Positions 16,217 to 26,196 of a DNA stretch of 32,919 bases are shown here, piece after piece. The notes beneath the pieces are model-generated. The model was given only the letters and a program-made list of their open reading frames with translations, had not been told where the DNA came from and did not search any database. How positions within the stretch are numbered: the first letter of the stretch is position 1; each line of letters starts with the position of its first letter. This stretch comes from a virus (Duplodnaviria > Caudoviricetes): positions 1 to 32,919 of IMG/VR virus record IMGVR_UViG_3300044453_000318; one strand, given 5' to 3'. Position numbers and translations under genes: made by a program.

Positions 16217-17269
16217 ATGCGCACTAAAACAACTGAAATCTTTAATGCCATTTGTGTGGCACTTGCAAGCAATTATGGTGTTGCAAATGTGTCTGAAAAC
16301 TTCGCGGTAGAGCCGACCATTGAGCAAAAGCTGTATGACGCGGTGTATGAATCGGCTGAGTTTTTAACTCGCATAAACCATGCACCAGTTGATGACTTAG
16401 TGGGCCAATCGGTGTTTATGTCTGCGAGTTCAGGTGTAACAGGCCGTGCAGGTGTAGAAAAAGATGATACAAAAGAACGTCAAACCAAAGACGCATCTGG
16501 CTTAAATAAGCGTGAGTACCGCTGTTATGAAGAAGAAGTAGACGTACATTTAACTTGGGCACAAATGGATGCCTGGTCAAAGTTTCCTGATTTTCATAAC
16601 CGTTATCGTAACCATGTTCGCCAACAAAAAGCACTCGATATTATCAAGATCGGTTGGCATGGCACCCATGCTGCTGATTCAACAGATTTAACAAAGTTTC
16701 CATTGTTAGAAGACGTAAACATTGGATGGTTACAACTGGTTCGCCGAGATGCACCAGCGAGAGTACTTAAAAATGGTGGTACTGAAGATGCCCCAAGAGT
16801 TGACGAAATTCGCATTGGTGCAGGTGGCGACTACGAAAACCTTGATTGTGCTGTGCATGACTTAGTACAAGGTATTCCACTGCATAAACGTGTTGGTTTG
16901 GTTGCCATTATTGGTGATGAGTTAATTGCCCAAGACAAAGGCAAACACTACGCCAAAAACGCCCACACACCGAGCGAGAAAACCAAAGTTGAAATGTCTC
17001 AGGTTATTAATACGTATGGCGGATTGGCGAGCTTTCAAGTGTCGTTCTTTCCTCAACGTGGCATTTTAGTGACCAGTTTTGACAATCTCAGTCACTATGT
17101 TCAATCAGGCTCAACGCGCATGAGCATTATTAATAACCCCAAGAAGAAGCGTGTTGAAGACTATGAATCACGCAATGCCTGTTATTACGTCGAAGACCTA
17201 GAAAAGATTGTGTTCATTGAATCTGACTCGGTGAAAATTCACAAAGATGCAGATGATAAATGGTCTTAA
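16217..17269 (+). CDS. Major capsid protein (P2 gpN family)
   Basis: Start at ATG 16217 after AAGGA. FAVEPTIEQKL, ALDIIKIGWHG, PLLEDVNIGWLQ, GGDYENLD, VTSFDNLSHY. Confidence 0.96.
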   Translation: MRTKTTEIFNAICVALASNYGVANVSENFAVEPTIEQKLYDAVYESAEFLTRINHAPVDDLVGQSVFMSASSGVTGRAGVEKDDTKERQTKDASGLNKREYRCYEEEVDVHLTWAQMDAWSKFPDFHNRYRNHVRQQKALDIIKIGWHGTHAADSTDLTKFPLLEDVNIGWLQLVRRDAPARVLKNGGTEDAPRVDEIRIGAGGDYENLDCAVHDLVQGIPLHKRVGLVAIIGDELIAQDKGKHYAKNAHTPSEKTKVEMSQVINTYGGLASFQVSFFPQRGILVTSFDNLSHYVQSGSTRMSIINNPKKKRVEDYESRNACYYVEDLEKIVFIESDSVKIHKDADDKWS

Positions 17270-17291
17270 TTTCCCTTGGTTGTAGAGCGAT

Positions 17292-17326
17292 TGCCGCTTG
17301 ATTAAGCAGTTCAAGCGGCATTTTTT
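17292..17326 (+). terminator. Intrinsic terminator after the capsid gene
   Basis: TGCCGCTTGA-loop-TCAAGCGGCA-TTTTTT. Confidence 0.85.
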
Positions 17327-17341
17327 AAAGAGTGTTTTTAA

Positions 17342-18043
17342 ATGAGCTTAGTTAAACGAGCCTTAGCTAAATCAAAAAGCGAAGTGCCAACAAGCACTGT
17401 AAATGAGTCTGCACCTAAGCACGTGCAAACCAATGAAAATAAGCAAACTGAGTACGCGTTTTTTAAAGCGGCAATTAACTCTGACTTGGCTCAACTAAAA
17501 ACATTTGGCGATATTTGTGATAAAGCAGATTTCAAAGCCAAAGCAATCGAGAGGAACGATTATTTAGGTTACATAAACCAATACCGTTTAAGTGGTGATA
17601 ATCACCCAAACGAGGTTTTAGCATGGATGTTTATTTGGTTGGTTGATCTTAAACGTTGGGCACAGGCCATTGAGTTATTGCCTTTGCTGATTGAACAAAA
17701 ACAACCACTGCCCAAACAGTTTAAAACCAAACATTGGCCGACTTTCTTAATCGACCAATTATATGACGAGGCAAACTGGTTTTTACAAAATCAGTGTAAA
17801 GCCGAAGACATTGCCAATATTGCGCTTGTGCTGCAAAGAGTAATTGATGTCACCCAGCACCAAGATTGGACAAGTTTTGAGGTCGCGGGCGGTAAGCTCT
17901 ACGCCATAGCCACCAAGGTTGAGTATTCAATGCACAACTACGGTAATGCCTTAAGATTTGGGCAACTTGCTCAAGAGATTAACGACAAAGCGGGTGTAAA
18001 AACCTTAGTCGCAAAATTACAGAAACAGCTCCAACGCCAGTGA
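17342..18043 (+). CDS. Terminase small/endonuclease subunit (P2 gpM family)
   Basis: Position after N. NEVLAWMFIWLVD, QPLPKQF, AGVKT. Confidence 0.85.
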   Translation: MSLVKRALAKSKSEVPTSTVNESAPKHVQTNENKQTEYAFFKAAINSDLAQLKTFGDICDKADFKAKAIERNDYLGYINQYRLSGDNHPNEVLAWMFIWLVDLKRWAQAIELLPLLIEQKQPLPKQFKTKHWPTFLIDQLYDEANWFLQNQCKAEDIANIALVLQRVIDVTQHQDWTSFEVAGGKLYAIATKVEYSMHNYGNALRFGQLAQEINDKAGVKTLVAKLQKQLQRQ

Positions 18044-18123
18044 GCAGCTTAGCTTAACCAGTTAACGCAAAGCGATTGGCTGCTTAAGACTAAGTGGCGC
18101 TCACACTAATAAGCGAGGGTAAT

Positions 18124-18561
18124 ATGAATTTATCAAACATGCCAAAAGCCGACCAACAAGCCCACGACCAAGTGATTGAGGGCAATGGCTATTACCCCGA
18201 TTTAAGCACGGCGTATTTTATCGAACACTTTGCTGTGCCAAGTGAATACTCGAACAAAACAAATGTGATCAGCAACAAGCTAAAAGCCGCTCAAGCTGAG
18301 ATTAATCAAGAGTTAAAAAAGGAAATGCTTAGTAACGGTGAGCCTTTAAATGCTCAGCAAAGATTGTTTTATCAATTGGCTGTTTACAGCAAAGCCAAAG
18401 CAAGCACATTGCTCAGTCGTCTGGGTAATACACACAGAGACAATGCAGCAGCACAGCAACAAGCGAGCGTCGATAACTTCGATTATTGGCAACACCAAAG
18501 CACAAACAATGTGCGCTTGTTAATTGGTTTAAGTACCACTGCCACGGTTGAATTGATATGA
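18124..18561 (+). CDS. Head completion/stabilisation protein (gpL)
   Basis: ATG 18124 after GAGG. GNGYYPDLS, YQLAVYSKAKA, C-terminal TVELI. Confidence 0.85.
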   Translation: MNLSNMPKADQQAHDQVIEGNGYYPDLSTAYFIEHFAVPSEYSNKTNVISNKLKAAQAEINQELKKEMLSNGEPLNAQQRLFYQLAVYSKAKASTLLSRLGNTHRDNAAAQQQASVDNFDYWQHQSTNNVRLLIGLSTTATVELI

Positions 18562-19031
18562 GCCAAAGCAAAATAGCCAAGCTAAAAACACATTTACAAA
18601 GCGCCCAATATCAGGGGCATTTGCTAGCTCTACCAGAGCAGTTCGATTGCTGGATTGAGGGCGGGGTGATTGAGCCCAGCTCTAAGCGAATCAATAGTAA
18701 CGGCATATTAGCCGCAAGGTTTACCTATAGCGGTGTGATCTCAATTAATCCATGTGCAGCGCCCGCACCATTAATTTGTGCCTTTGCTTCTTTTTGGTTG
18801 CAAAACAACGGCGCAAAAGATGACAGCGACAGCATTGAATTTAGCTCAGACATAAACGACGACAACAGCAATGAGATAGAGCTTCAGATTGAAACGCTTA
18901 GCGAAGATGTTGTGCTGGTAGAAACATCGAATGGCCCGTTTGAATTAAATGGTGTTCGTTATGATTTTGGTGAGCAAAGTATTTGGATTGCTGACATGTT
19001 CACGTTAGAAGGCGGAGTAAGCCGTGTTTAA
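18558..19031 (+). CDS. Tail completion protein (gpR-like)
   Basis: Synteny with HP1/K139. C-terminal GPFELNGVRY. Confidence 0.7.
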   Translation: MSQSKIAKLKTHLQSAQYQGHLLALPEQFDCWIEGGVIEPSSKRINSNGILAARFTYSGVISINPCAAPAPLICAFASFWLQNNGAKDDSDSIEFSSDINDDNSNEIELQIETLSEDVVLVETSNGPFELNGVRYDFGEQSIWIADMFTLEGGVSRV

Positions 19032-19656
19032 TATGCAGTTCGACCATGGGCAAAGCATTGAGCAACTGACCTTGCTATCGCTGAAGCCTCGCAAACGTCG
19101 AAACATATTAAGAAGTGTGATCAGAAGTGTCAGTAAACAAAGTAGAAGGCGCATTACTCGCCAGCAAGATTTAGCTGGTAAGCAGTGGCAAGGGCGAGCA
19201 AATGGTAAGAAAAAGAAAATGCTAACCAAGCTTATAAAACTGATGAAAGTACGCTTTGGGCCAAACAGCGCCCATGCTTATTTTAAAAGCAGCAAGACTG
19301 GCAAGATAGCCGCCGCCCATCAACAGGGGGCGCGTTTTGATGTGACACCCCGTAAAAGTAAAGCCCGCCAAAACAAAGCGGGTAAGGCAACACGGGGTAT
19401 TGCCAAAGCACTCATAGCAGCAGGGTATAAAATCCCGCGTAATCGAGGCAAGGGCACCAAAAGGCCCAGTATTAAATGGATAACTGAAAACCTCTCACTC
19501 AACCAAGCGGGGTTTTTACTCAAAGAATTAAAGGGCGGCTCAGGTAAGAGCAAATGGCAAATTGATTTGCCCGCCCGCTCTTTTTTAGGTGAAACGAAAA
19601 AAGAGCATAAACAGCACATGAGTTTTCTTTTAAACAAAGCCATGCAAGTGGCATGA
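19024..19656 (+). CDS. Virion morphogenesis/tail completion protein (gpS-like)
   Basis: RITRQQDLAGKQW, IAAAHQQG, LPARSFLG. Confidence 0.88.
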   Translation: MFNMQFDHGQSIEQLTLLSLKPRKRRNILRSVIRSVSKQSRRRITRQQDLAGKQWQGRANGKKKKMLTKLIKLMKVRFGPNSAHAYFKSSKTGKIAAAHQQGARFDVTPRKSKARQNKAGKATRGIAKALIAAGYKIPRNRGKGTKRPSIKWITENLSLNQAGFLLKELKGGSGKSKWQIDLPARSFLGETKKEHKQHMSFLLNKAMQVA

Positions 19657-19669
19657 ACAAGGATCGATT

Positions 19670-20764
19670 ATGGCACAAGGTAAAGTTTCGGTTGCAGCCA
19701 TTCAAACTGGCAGCGGTGCGACCAAAGAAGTCGAGCGCACAGTTTTAGTGATTGGTGCAGCGCCAGCAAACAATGGTGTAATTCAAGCAATCAATGCACA
19801 AAGTGATTTTGATGCGCTATTTGGGGATGCTGATTCACCGTTAAAAACGCAGCTTAAAGCATGGCAGCGTAACGGTGATGACCTGGTAAGTGGTTATGCC
19901 ATTTCTCACGGTGCAGGCGAGAATATTTTAGCGCTGATTGATAAAGCCATGGAGCAAGACATTAGTCCTGAAATTATCGCCATTTGTTCGCCTGTGACAG
20001 GAAAAGCAGAAGTCGAAGTATATCAGGCTAAAAACCTCGAAATTCTCAGCAAATATGCGCGTTATGTTCGCACCCTTGTTGCCGCACCTGGTTTAGATGG
20101 TGATCAAAGCTGGGCTGAACTCGTAACAGCATTACAACCTCTCACGGATGGTGTGGTGGGTGATCGTGTTGCCGTCGTGCCTTTACTTTTTGGTGATGAA
20201 TTGGGCGGGGTTCTAGGACGTCTATGTAAACGCTCAGTTACCATTGCTGATAGCCCAATGCGAACAAAAACAGGCGCACTGTCTTTAATGCCATCACCTC
20301 AAGACAAAGCTGGCGCACCGCTGACCAATGCAACCACAGGGGCACTTGATGCATTGCGTTTTAGTTGCACACAAACGTATGCTGACTTTGACGGTATTTA
20401 TTTTGGTGATGTAAACATGTTAGACGCCGAAGGCGGTGACTTTCAAAAAATTGAACATGGCCGCATTGTTGATATGGCTGCTCGCCAGGTAAGCATTAAA
20501 GCTATTTACGAGATTAAAAATCGCCAGCTCAACAACTCACCCACAGGCATTGCTTACGGTAAACGTAAATTGGGCAAACCGCTGTTAGACATGAGTAAGT
20601 CGGTCAATATTGGCGAGGATAAGTTCCCAGGTTTGATTGATGCACCAAAAGAAGACAGCATTAGTTTAACGTTTATGAATGAAAAGACTGTAAACGTGTT
20701 GCTTAAGGTAAAACCGATTGAATCACCAAGCACAATCACCGTTGGCATTATGTTAGATCGCTAA
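19670..20764 (+). CDS. Tail sheath protein (HP1-type, DUF2586)
   Basis: EVERTVLVIG, GRLCKRSVTIADSPMR, YADFDGIYFGD..LDAEGGDFQ. Confidence 0.9.
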   Translation: MAQGKVSVAAIQTGSGATKEVERTVLVIGAAPANNGVIQAINAQSDFDALFGDADSPLKTQLKAWQRNGDDLVSGYAISHGAGENILALIDKAMEQDISPEIIAICSPVTGKAEVEVYQAKNLEILSKYARYVRTLVAAPGLDGDQSWAELVTALQPLTDGVVGDRVAVVPLLFGDELGGVLGRLCKRSVTIADSPMRTKTGALSLMPSPQDKAGAPLTNATTGALDALRFSCTQTYADFDGIYFGDVNMLDAEGGDFQKIEHGRIVDMAARQVSIKAIYEIKNRQLNNSPTGIAYGKRKLGKPLLDMSKSVNIGEDKFPGLIDAPKEDSISLTFMNEKTVNVLLKVKPIESPSTITVGIMLDR

Positions 20765-20773
20765 GGACAGACC

Positions 20774-21226
20774 ATGACTAAGAAAGCATTAGGCGGAAAG
20801 GATTTTGATTGCTTCATGGGTGACTCTATGGTGCACGTTATTGAAGCCGCAGTAAAAATTACCGATGGCCGTAAACCAAAAACCGTACGCGGTGTGCCAA
20901 AGGGCTGGATTGATGGCCCTGTAGAAGCCGAAGTGACATTAAAACTTGATCACGAAAACTTCTTATTGCTGCAAGCCCAAGCGCAACAGGCAGGTAGTTG
21001 GAAAGGCATTGAGCCCTTTGATGTGGCCTTTACTGCCAGTGTCTCAGCGGGTAATTTAAACGTTGAGGTTTTTGGCTGTATGCCACAGCTTGAAGAGCTA
21101 CTAAATATTAAAGCTGAAGGGGGCGAAGAGAATACTTTCTCTATTAAGTGCCCTGTAACAAGCCCCGATTTTGTGAAAATCAATGGTATGTCTTATCTCA
21201 CCGATGATGAAGTGAGAAATTTATAA
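20774..21226 (+). CDS. Tail tube protein (HP1-type, DUF2597)
   Basis: RGVPKGWIDG, GSWKGIEPFD, VTSPDFVKING. Confidence 0.9.
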   Translation: MTKKALGGKDFDCFMGDSMVHVIEAAVKITDGRKPKTVRGVPKGWIDGPVEAEVTLKLDHENFLLLQAQAQQAGSWKGIEPFDVAFTASVSAGNLNVEVFGCMPQLEELLNIKAEGGEENTFSIKCPVTSPDFVKINGMSYLTDDEVRNL

Positions 21227-21843
21227 TGCGGAGCGTATCAATTACTGCCTTACTCAGTGCCATGGCACTGAGTAAACACACCGTGTTTGAAGGTGAATTG
21301 AATCTAAACATTATTGGTATTCGTGCCGCTAATACCCGAGCAAACACCTTTAATGACTTAATTTGTGTGCTGTATCAGCAAAATGGCGAGTGGCAACTTA
21401 AGCAATTCAAAGCCACCACTGACGCGGGCCTTTATTGGCGTAAACACCCAATGAACCTAGACGGCACGGCCGTGTTAGTACCAGGGCAACACCGTGGCCT
21501 TTGGTCGCTGGGCTTTCATCAAGGTAAGTACAGAGCCCTTGTGCAAAACAAACCTGTGTTAGTGCTTCGTGATAATGACAAAAACGCCGAGCTTGAAACC
21601 GATGAAACACAGGCTGAGTTGCAGCTTGGTTACTTTGGTATTAATTGTCATCGAGCCAGCGCACACACCGAGTCAAAGCAAGTCGATAAATGGTCTGCGG
21701 GTTGCCAGGTATTAGCAAACCCCGACGACTATGACGAATTTATAATTTTATGTGAGCAATCAGCCGAGCGCTATGGTAATAGCTTCAGCTATACATTGCT
21801 TGAACAAAACCAACTAAAAGAGAGCAAGGAACATGCAGACTAA
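21226..21843 (+). CDS. Putative endolysin with an L,D-transpeptidase-like His/Cys motif
   Basis: Occupies the lysin slot of HP1-like phages and contains GINCH-x14-SAGCQV. Confidence 0.6.
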   Translation: MRSVSITALLSAMALSKHTVFEGELNLNIIGIRAANTRANTFNDLICVLYQQNGEWQLKQFKATTDAGLYWRKHPMNLDGTAVLVPGQHRGLWSLGFHQGKYRALVQNKPVLVLRDNDKNAELETDETQAELQLGYFGINCHRASAHTESKQVDKWSAGCQVLANPDDYDEFIILCEQSAERYGNSFSYTLLEQNQLKESKEHAD

Positions 21844-22096
21844 AAAGATTGTGATTGAAACTGGTGAACAAGAATTTACCTTCAATGTGACGGGCCAGGA
21901 ATACAACAAATACATCAACAGCACGACACCGACTAATAAAATTCAGCCCGCAACTAACTTCTTGTTGGACACGGTTGAAAATGAACAAAAGAAAGAACTC
22001 AAGACACTGTTACAACAACCAGGTGCAGCGTTGTTTATGTTGGGGACTTTGATTGAAGACTATCAGCCCGAGTTTAATTTCTCAGTAAAAAAATAG
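21833..22096 (+). CDS. Tail assembly chaperone
   Basis: YNKYIN..NKIQPATNFL..PGAA. Ends GTA AAA AAA TAG just upstream of the tape measure gene. Confidence 0.85.
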   Translation: MQTKKIVIETGEQEFTFNVTGQEYNKYINSTTPTNKIQPATNFLLDTVENEQKKELKTLLQQPGAALFMLGTLIEDYQPEFNFSVKK

Positions 22097-22287
22097 AAGC
22101 GCGAGCCAAGCAAATAAAGCAAAACCGCTTAGATCAGTTATTTGCTTATCACGCCAAACACTTTGGCAATTTGCCAATAACGGATGACACCTTGGCACAA
22201 GCGCTCTTTATTGAAACTCAGCAACAGGAGTTGCTAACCGTTGCGGTAAACAACGGTATTTGCATGGCACTAAACGGCGAAGAGTAA
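22087..22287 (+). CDS. -1 frameshift extension of the tail assembly chaperone
   Basis: Slippery A AAA AAA at 22087-22093. The -1 frame is open (IEARAKQIKQNRLDQL...VAVNNGICMALNGEE*) to TAA 22287. Confidence 0.8.
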   Translation, partial: KKIEARAKQIKQNRLDQLFAYHAKHFGNLPITDDTLAQALFIETQQQELLTVAVNNGICMALNGEE

Positions 22288-22292
22288 GACAC

Positions 22293-24752
22293 ATGAGTTC
22301 ACTCAGTAAAATGGACAAGTTGCAATATTCAATAGGTCTGATTGATAAAGTCACGGGGCCTGTGAATAAGATCATGGCTAAAATAAACCAACTGAGTGAA
22401 CAAACAGCCAGTGCCAAAGCGCAATTAACAGGCGGATTAATGAATGCAGCGGGTGGGGCCATGATGTTGGTCGGCTCGCTCAACCCCGCCATTGAAGCCC
22501 AAGCCGCTTTGGGCGAAGTGCAATCGCTTGATGTGTCTAATCAGGCACTGACACAACTTAATAATACCGCTATGAATTTTGTGAGTAATTACGGCGGTAA
22601 TACCGCAGAAGTTATTCGCAGCTCTTACGATATTCAATCCGCTATTAGCGGCCTTACGGGTAAAGAGTTGGCGCAGTTTACCGAGTCTTCAGCCATTCTT
22701 GCCAAAGGCACGAAAAGTGATGCAGCAACCACAACCGACTATTTCGGTACCATGTTCGGCATTTACCAAGATACTGCCAAAGAGGTGGGTAAGTCGCAGT
22801 GGGTGCAAATGCTGACGGGGCAAACCGCCGCCTCTGTGCGTATGTTTAAAACAACGGGCTCAGAAATGGCGGGCGCGTTTAGCACATTAGGCGCTGAAGC
22901 CAACTCGCACGGTATTAGCATGAATGAATCCATGGCCGTGCTAGGGCAGTTACAAGCCACCATGTCAGGCAGTGAAGCGGGCACCAAATACCGAGCGTTC
23001 TTAAGTGGGGTGGGCAAAGCCCAACAAAAATTAGGCATACAACTGACCGACACCCAAGGGCGCATGTTGCCCATGGTCGATGTAATAAACCGCTTGCATG
23101 AGCGCTTTGGCAGTATCGATACCGTGGCCAAAAGTGATGCATTACAAAAAGCCTTTGGCACCAAAGAAGCCGTGGCGCTGATTAAGCAACTTATGCCCCA
23201 AGTAAGCCAGCTTGAAAACAACATAAACCAGCTCTCTAATATTTCAGATATGGGCGTGGCCGTTGAAATGGCCGACGCCATGGGCAGCGCGTGGGACAGA
23301 TTCGGCGGGTCGCTCAATGCGGCATTAGTGAGCATGGGGCAAACTGTATTGCCCATTATTGAGCCCATCGTCGATTTACTCGCAAAGCTGTTACAAGGGG
23401 TAGTGTGGCTAACCCAAGAGTTCCCCATATTAAGCGGCATAATTGGTGCGTTTGTTGTGGCCTTAGTGAGTGCAACCGTGATCATGGGTACCTTCAATGC
23501 CTTAGTGGGGTTATATCGTTTGGCGATGTTGCAAGGCGCACACGCCACCCAACTTGCCAGTATTTTCTCTAAAGCCTGGTCGGGTGCCTTAGCCATTCAA
23601 ACTGCCGCCATGAAAGCCGCCAGTTTTGCGGCAGCTAACTATGGTAATGCTCTATTATTTGCGGGCGGCATGTTAAGCCGAATAAAAAGCATGGGCATAG
23701 TGGGCGTGTTAAGTTTAGTCACCGCAAAACTAGGCGCAGCAGCAACCGCCGCTTGGAGTTTTTCAGCCGCATTATTTGCAAATCCAATTACATGGATAGT
23801 GATCGGCGTGGTTGCAGCCATCGCCGCTGTATCAGCCCTGGTGTATTACTTTGATGAAATCACTGCGGCCTTTAGTGAGTGGGCCGACAACTCAATGTTG
23901 TTTCAAGGTATGCGCGTTGCCTTTGATTTAATTACCTTGCCCTTACAAATCATTTGGTACCTGGTTAAATCTATCGGCTCAGCAATTTATGATTTTGTGG
24001 CCCCTGCATTCAGCTTTATTGGTGAAGTAGTCGGCACAGTAACCAGCTTTATAACGTCGGCATTTATGGCCGTGTATGAACCCATTGCGGCCGTGTTCTC
24101 AGGTATTGGCGAATTTATCTCAAGCGTATTCGATGGCGTATTTTCAAAAGTAAGCGCGTTCTTTGCGTTCTTCAGTGATATATCAGCCAGTGTCACCGGC
24201 TTTTTAAAATCCGTGGCTGAAAACGGCATTTTAAACATGGTGATCGACTTCTTCAGCGATGATGCCGACGTTCAAAAAATTAGCCAACAACCAAGCTCAG
24301 CAGTTCAAGTGTTAGAGAGAAAAACAGCAATTGAAACAGCACAGGGCATGAATTTTACCAACACACCCACTTCAAATGTAAGTGATGTAAATCAATCACT
24401 ACCAGATAATGTGATCCCGCTAAATGCACAAATTTTATCTAATTACAGTGCGGCTAATAGCAATCATTATGCAGTGGGTGCACAACAGGCTTTAACGCAA
24501 AGCAACCAGTTAAATGTGTTAGATCACACAATAACCAACAACGCAAAATCGCTTGAGCAAACAGAGTTAAACAGCACCTATGTTGCCAAGCCTAAGCGCT
24601 CAGCATTTTTACAGCAGCTTGCTAAAACCAACAATATCAGTAACAGCAATGCCAGCAATGATAACTCTAAGAATGTACACATTGAACATGTAACAGTAAA
24701 AACCGATGACGTAGCCAAAACATTTGAAGACATGATGGAGCTTGCCGGATGA
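22293..24752 (+). CDS. Tail tape measure protein
   Basis: IGLIDKVTGPV, SSYDIQSAISGL, MSGSEAGTKYRAFL, ANPITWI. Start at ATG 22293 or 22311. Confidence 0.95.
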   Translation: MSSLSKMDKLQYSIGLIDKVTGPVNKIMAKINQLSEQTASAKAQLTGGLMNAAGGAMMLVGSLNPAIEAQAALGEVQSLDVSNQALTQLNNTAMNFVSNYGGNTAEVIRSSYDIQSAISGLTGKELAQFTESSAILAKGTKSDAATTTDYFGTMFGIYQDTAKEVGKSQWVQMLTGQTAASVRMFKTTGSEMAGAFSTLGAEANSHGISMNESMAVLGQLQATMSGSEAGTKYRAFLSGVGKAQQKLGIQLTDTQGRMLPMVDVINRLHERFGSIDTVAKSDALQKAFGTKEAVALIKQLMPQVSQLENNINQLSNISDMGVAVEMADAMGSAWDRFGGSLNAALVSMGQTVLPIIEPIVDLLAKLLQGVVWLTQEFPILSGIIGAFVVALVSATVIMGTFNALVGLYRLAMLQGAHATQLASIFSKAWSGALAIQTAAMKAASFAAANYGNALLFAGGMLSRIKSMGIVGVLSLVTAKLGAAATAAWSFSAALFANPITWIVIGVVAAIAAVSALVYYFDEITAAFSEWADNSMLFQGMRVAFDLITLPLQIIWYLVKSIGSAIYDFVAPAFSFIGEVVGTVTSFITSAFMAVYEPIAAVFSGIGEFISSVFDGVFSKVSAFFAFFSDISASVTGFLKSVAENGILNMVIDFFSDDADVQKISQQPSSAVQVLERKTAIETAQGMNFTNTPTSNVSDVNQSLPDNVIPLNAQILSNYSAANSNHYAVGAQQALTQSNQLNVLDHTITNNAKSLEQTELNSTYVAKPKRSAFLQQLAKTNNISNSNASNDNSKNVHIEHVTVKTDDVAKTFEDMMELAG

Positions 24753-25057
24753 TCCACATTGACTTAAACATCGTTGATGGCGACTTAGATTTAGACTCGC
24801 TTTTACAACCAACGCAGCTCGACGAACGCGATGTAATAGCACAAGACATTAAGCACCGCATTATTGAAAGCGGTAAATTGCCCTTATTGATTGGCCTTCG
24901 CAATAAAAGTAGTGCCGAACAAGTGCTAACAGAACTAGAACTGATCATTGAACAAGACGAACGGCTAGTACCAGGCACAATAAAACTAACACCAACCAAA
25001 AGCGGTTATATATCCGTCTCGGCAGTTACGCGCGATTATAAAAGGGGCCAGATATGA
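24749..25057 (+). CDS. Baseplate wedge protein (DUF2590-like)
   Basis: IAQDIKHRIIESG, EQDERLVPGT. Confidence 0.85.
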   Translation: MIHIDLNIVDGDLDLDSLLQPTQLDERDVIAQDIKHRIIESGKLPLLIGLRNKSSAEQVLTELELIIEQDERLVPGTIKLTPTKSGYISVSAVTRDYKRGQI

Positions 25058-26196
25058 GCAAACTGTTTATTGATGAATTAAAAGCCGCAGGTATACCCAC
25101 AGATGCCGAGGGCTTTAAACTGCAATTTGCAGAGCAATTAAAAAGCGCAGGCTTTACAGTGAATAACCAAAGCCCATTAAGCCCTTTCTGGCGCTTGCAG
25201 TCAGCATTAGTTGCAGAGCCAGCGGCACAGCTTGTTAATTCTATGGCACACACAATTATGCCAAACAGCTTTGCACTTTTGGCTGAAGGTGAATACTTAG
25301 ACTTGCATGGTCAAAGTAGGGGGGTAGCGCGTTTAACAGCAGTTAAAGCGAAGGGCCAATTACAGTTTTATCGCAGCAATAGCGAAGGGGAATTAGTGAT
25401 CCCCGCTGGTACTTTAATAGAATCACTCCCAATTAACGGCCGAGTATACCAGCTTATATTGCTAACCAATTGTGTATTTAACGAAGGCGAAACAACACAA
25501 AGCGCCATAGCTCAAGCACTCGAACCTGGGCAAGCGTACAACTTAGCCGCTGGTTACTACACAAAAATTATCGCAGAGCTTGAGCATGTATCAGTCAGTA
25601 ATGATGTGGGTTGGCTCGTAACTGCGGGGCAAGACATTGAAACCGATGATAACTACCGTGATCGCATTCGAGCGGCCTTTGCACAGTTGGGTAATTATCA
25701 CGTGGACTTTGTGTATAAAAACCTCATTGCTACACACAGTGGCATACCATACGACAACATCGTATTAGAAAAGGGCGCACCTCGCGGCCCTGGTACTGCA
25801 AACGCTTATGTATTTTTAGAAGTTGGCCAAGTTAGCCAAAGCATTGTGAACTCAATCAATAACTACATTGCAGAGGGTAACCACGGCTTGGGTGACGACT
25901 TAACCGCCTTTGCTATCCCCACGCAATACATTGACTTAACGGTGACTATTTCACAAAAAAATGGCAGTACCAGTATTGTCGCAAATGTTGAGCAATTTAT
26001 ACGTGCTGTGTTTCGCCAAAACGATGCGTATAAACCAACTCGTGTTAAACCGCTTTCAAACTTTAGCTTTAGTCAGCTTAAAACTGAATTACATAACACG
26101 TTTAGCAATTTACACCATGTTGAGTTTGATAAAACTCAACTAAACAGCGGGTTTTGGCTCCCTGTACTCAATAACTTGGTAGTTCAACATGGATAA
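25054..26196 (+). CDS. Baseplate J-like protein
   Basis: NQSPLSPFWRL, ETDDNYRDRI, APRGPGTANAY, GNHGLGDD. Confidence 0.92.
   Translation: MSKLFIDELKAAGIPTDAEGFKLQFAEQLKSAGFTVNNQSPLSPFWRLQSALVAEPAAQLVNSMAHTIMPNSFALLAEGEYLDLHGQSRGVARLTAVKAKGQLQFYRSNSEGELVIPAGTLIESLPINGRVYQLILLTNCVFNEGETTQSAIAQALEPGQAYNLAAGYYTKIIAELEHVSVSNDVGWLVTAGQDIETDDNYRDRIRAAFAQLGNYHVDFVYKNLIATHSGIPYDNIVLEKGAPRGPGTANAYVFLEVGQVSQSIVNSINNYIAEGNHGLGDDLTAFAIPTQYIDLTVTISQKNGSTSIVANVEQFIRAVFRQNDAYKPTRVKPLSNFSFSQLKTELHNTFSNLHHVEFDKTQLNSGFWLPVLNNLVVQHG

Noticed and set aside
22763-23596. 277-aa antisense ORF and other shadow ORFs over structural genes
   Set aside because: They lie opposite or within well-supported genes and reflect codon bias.
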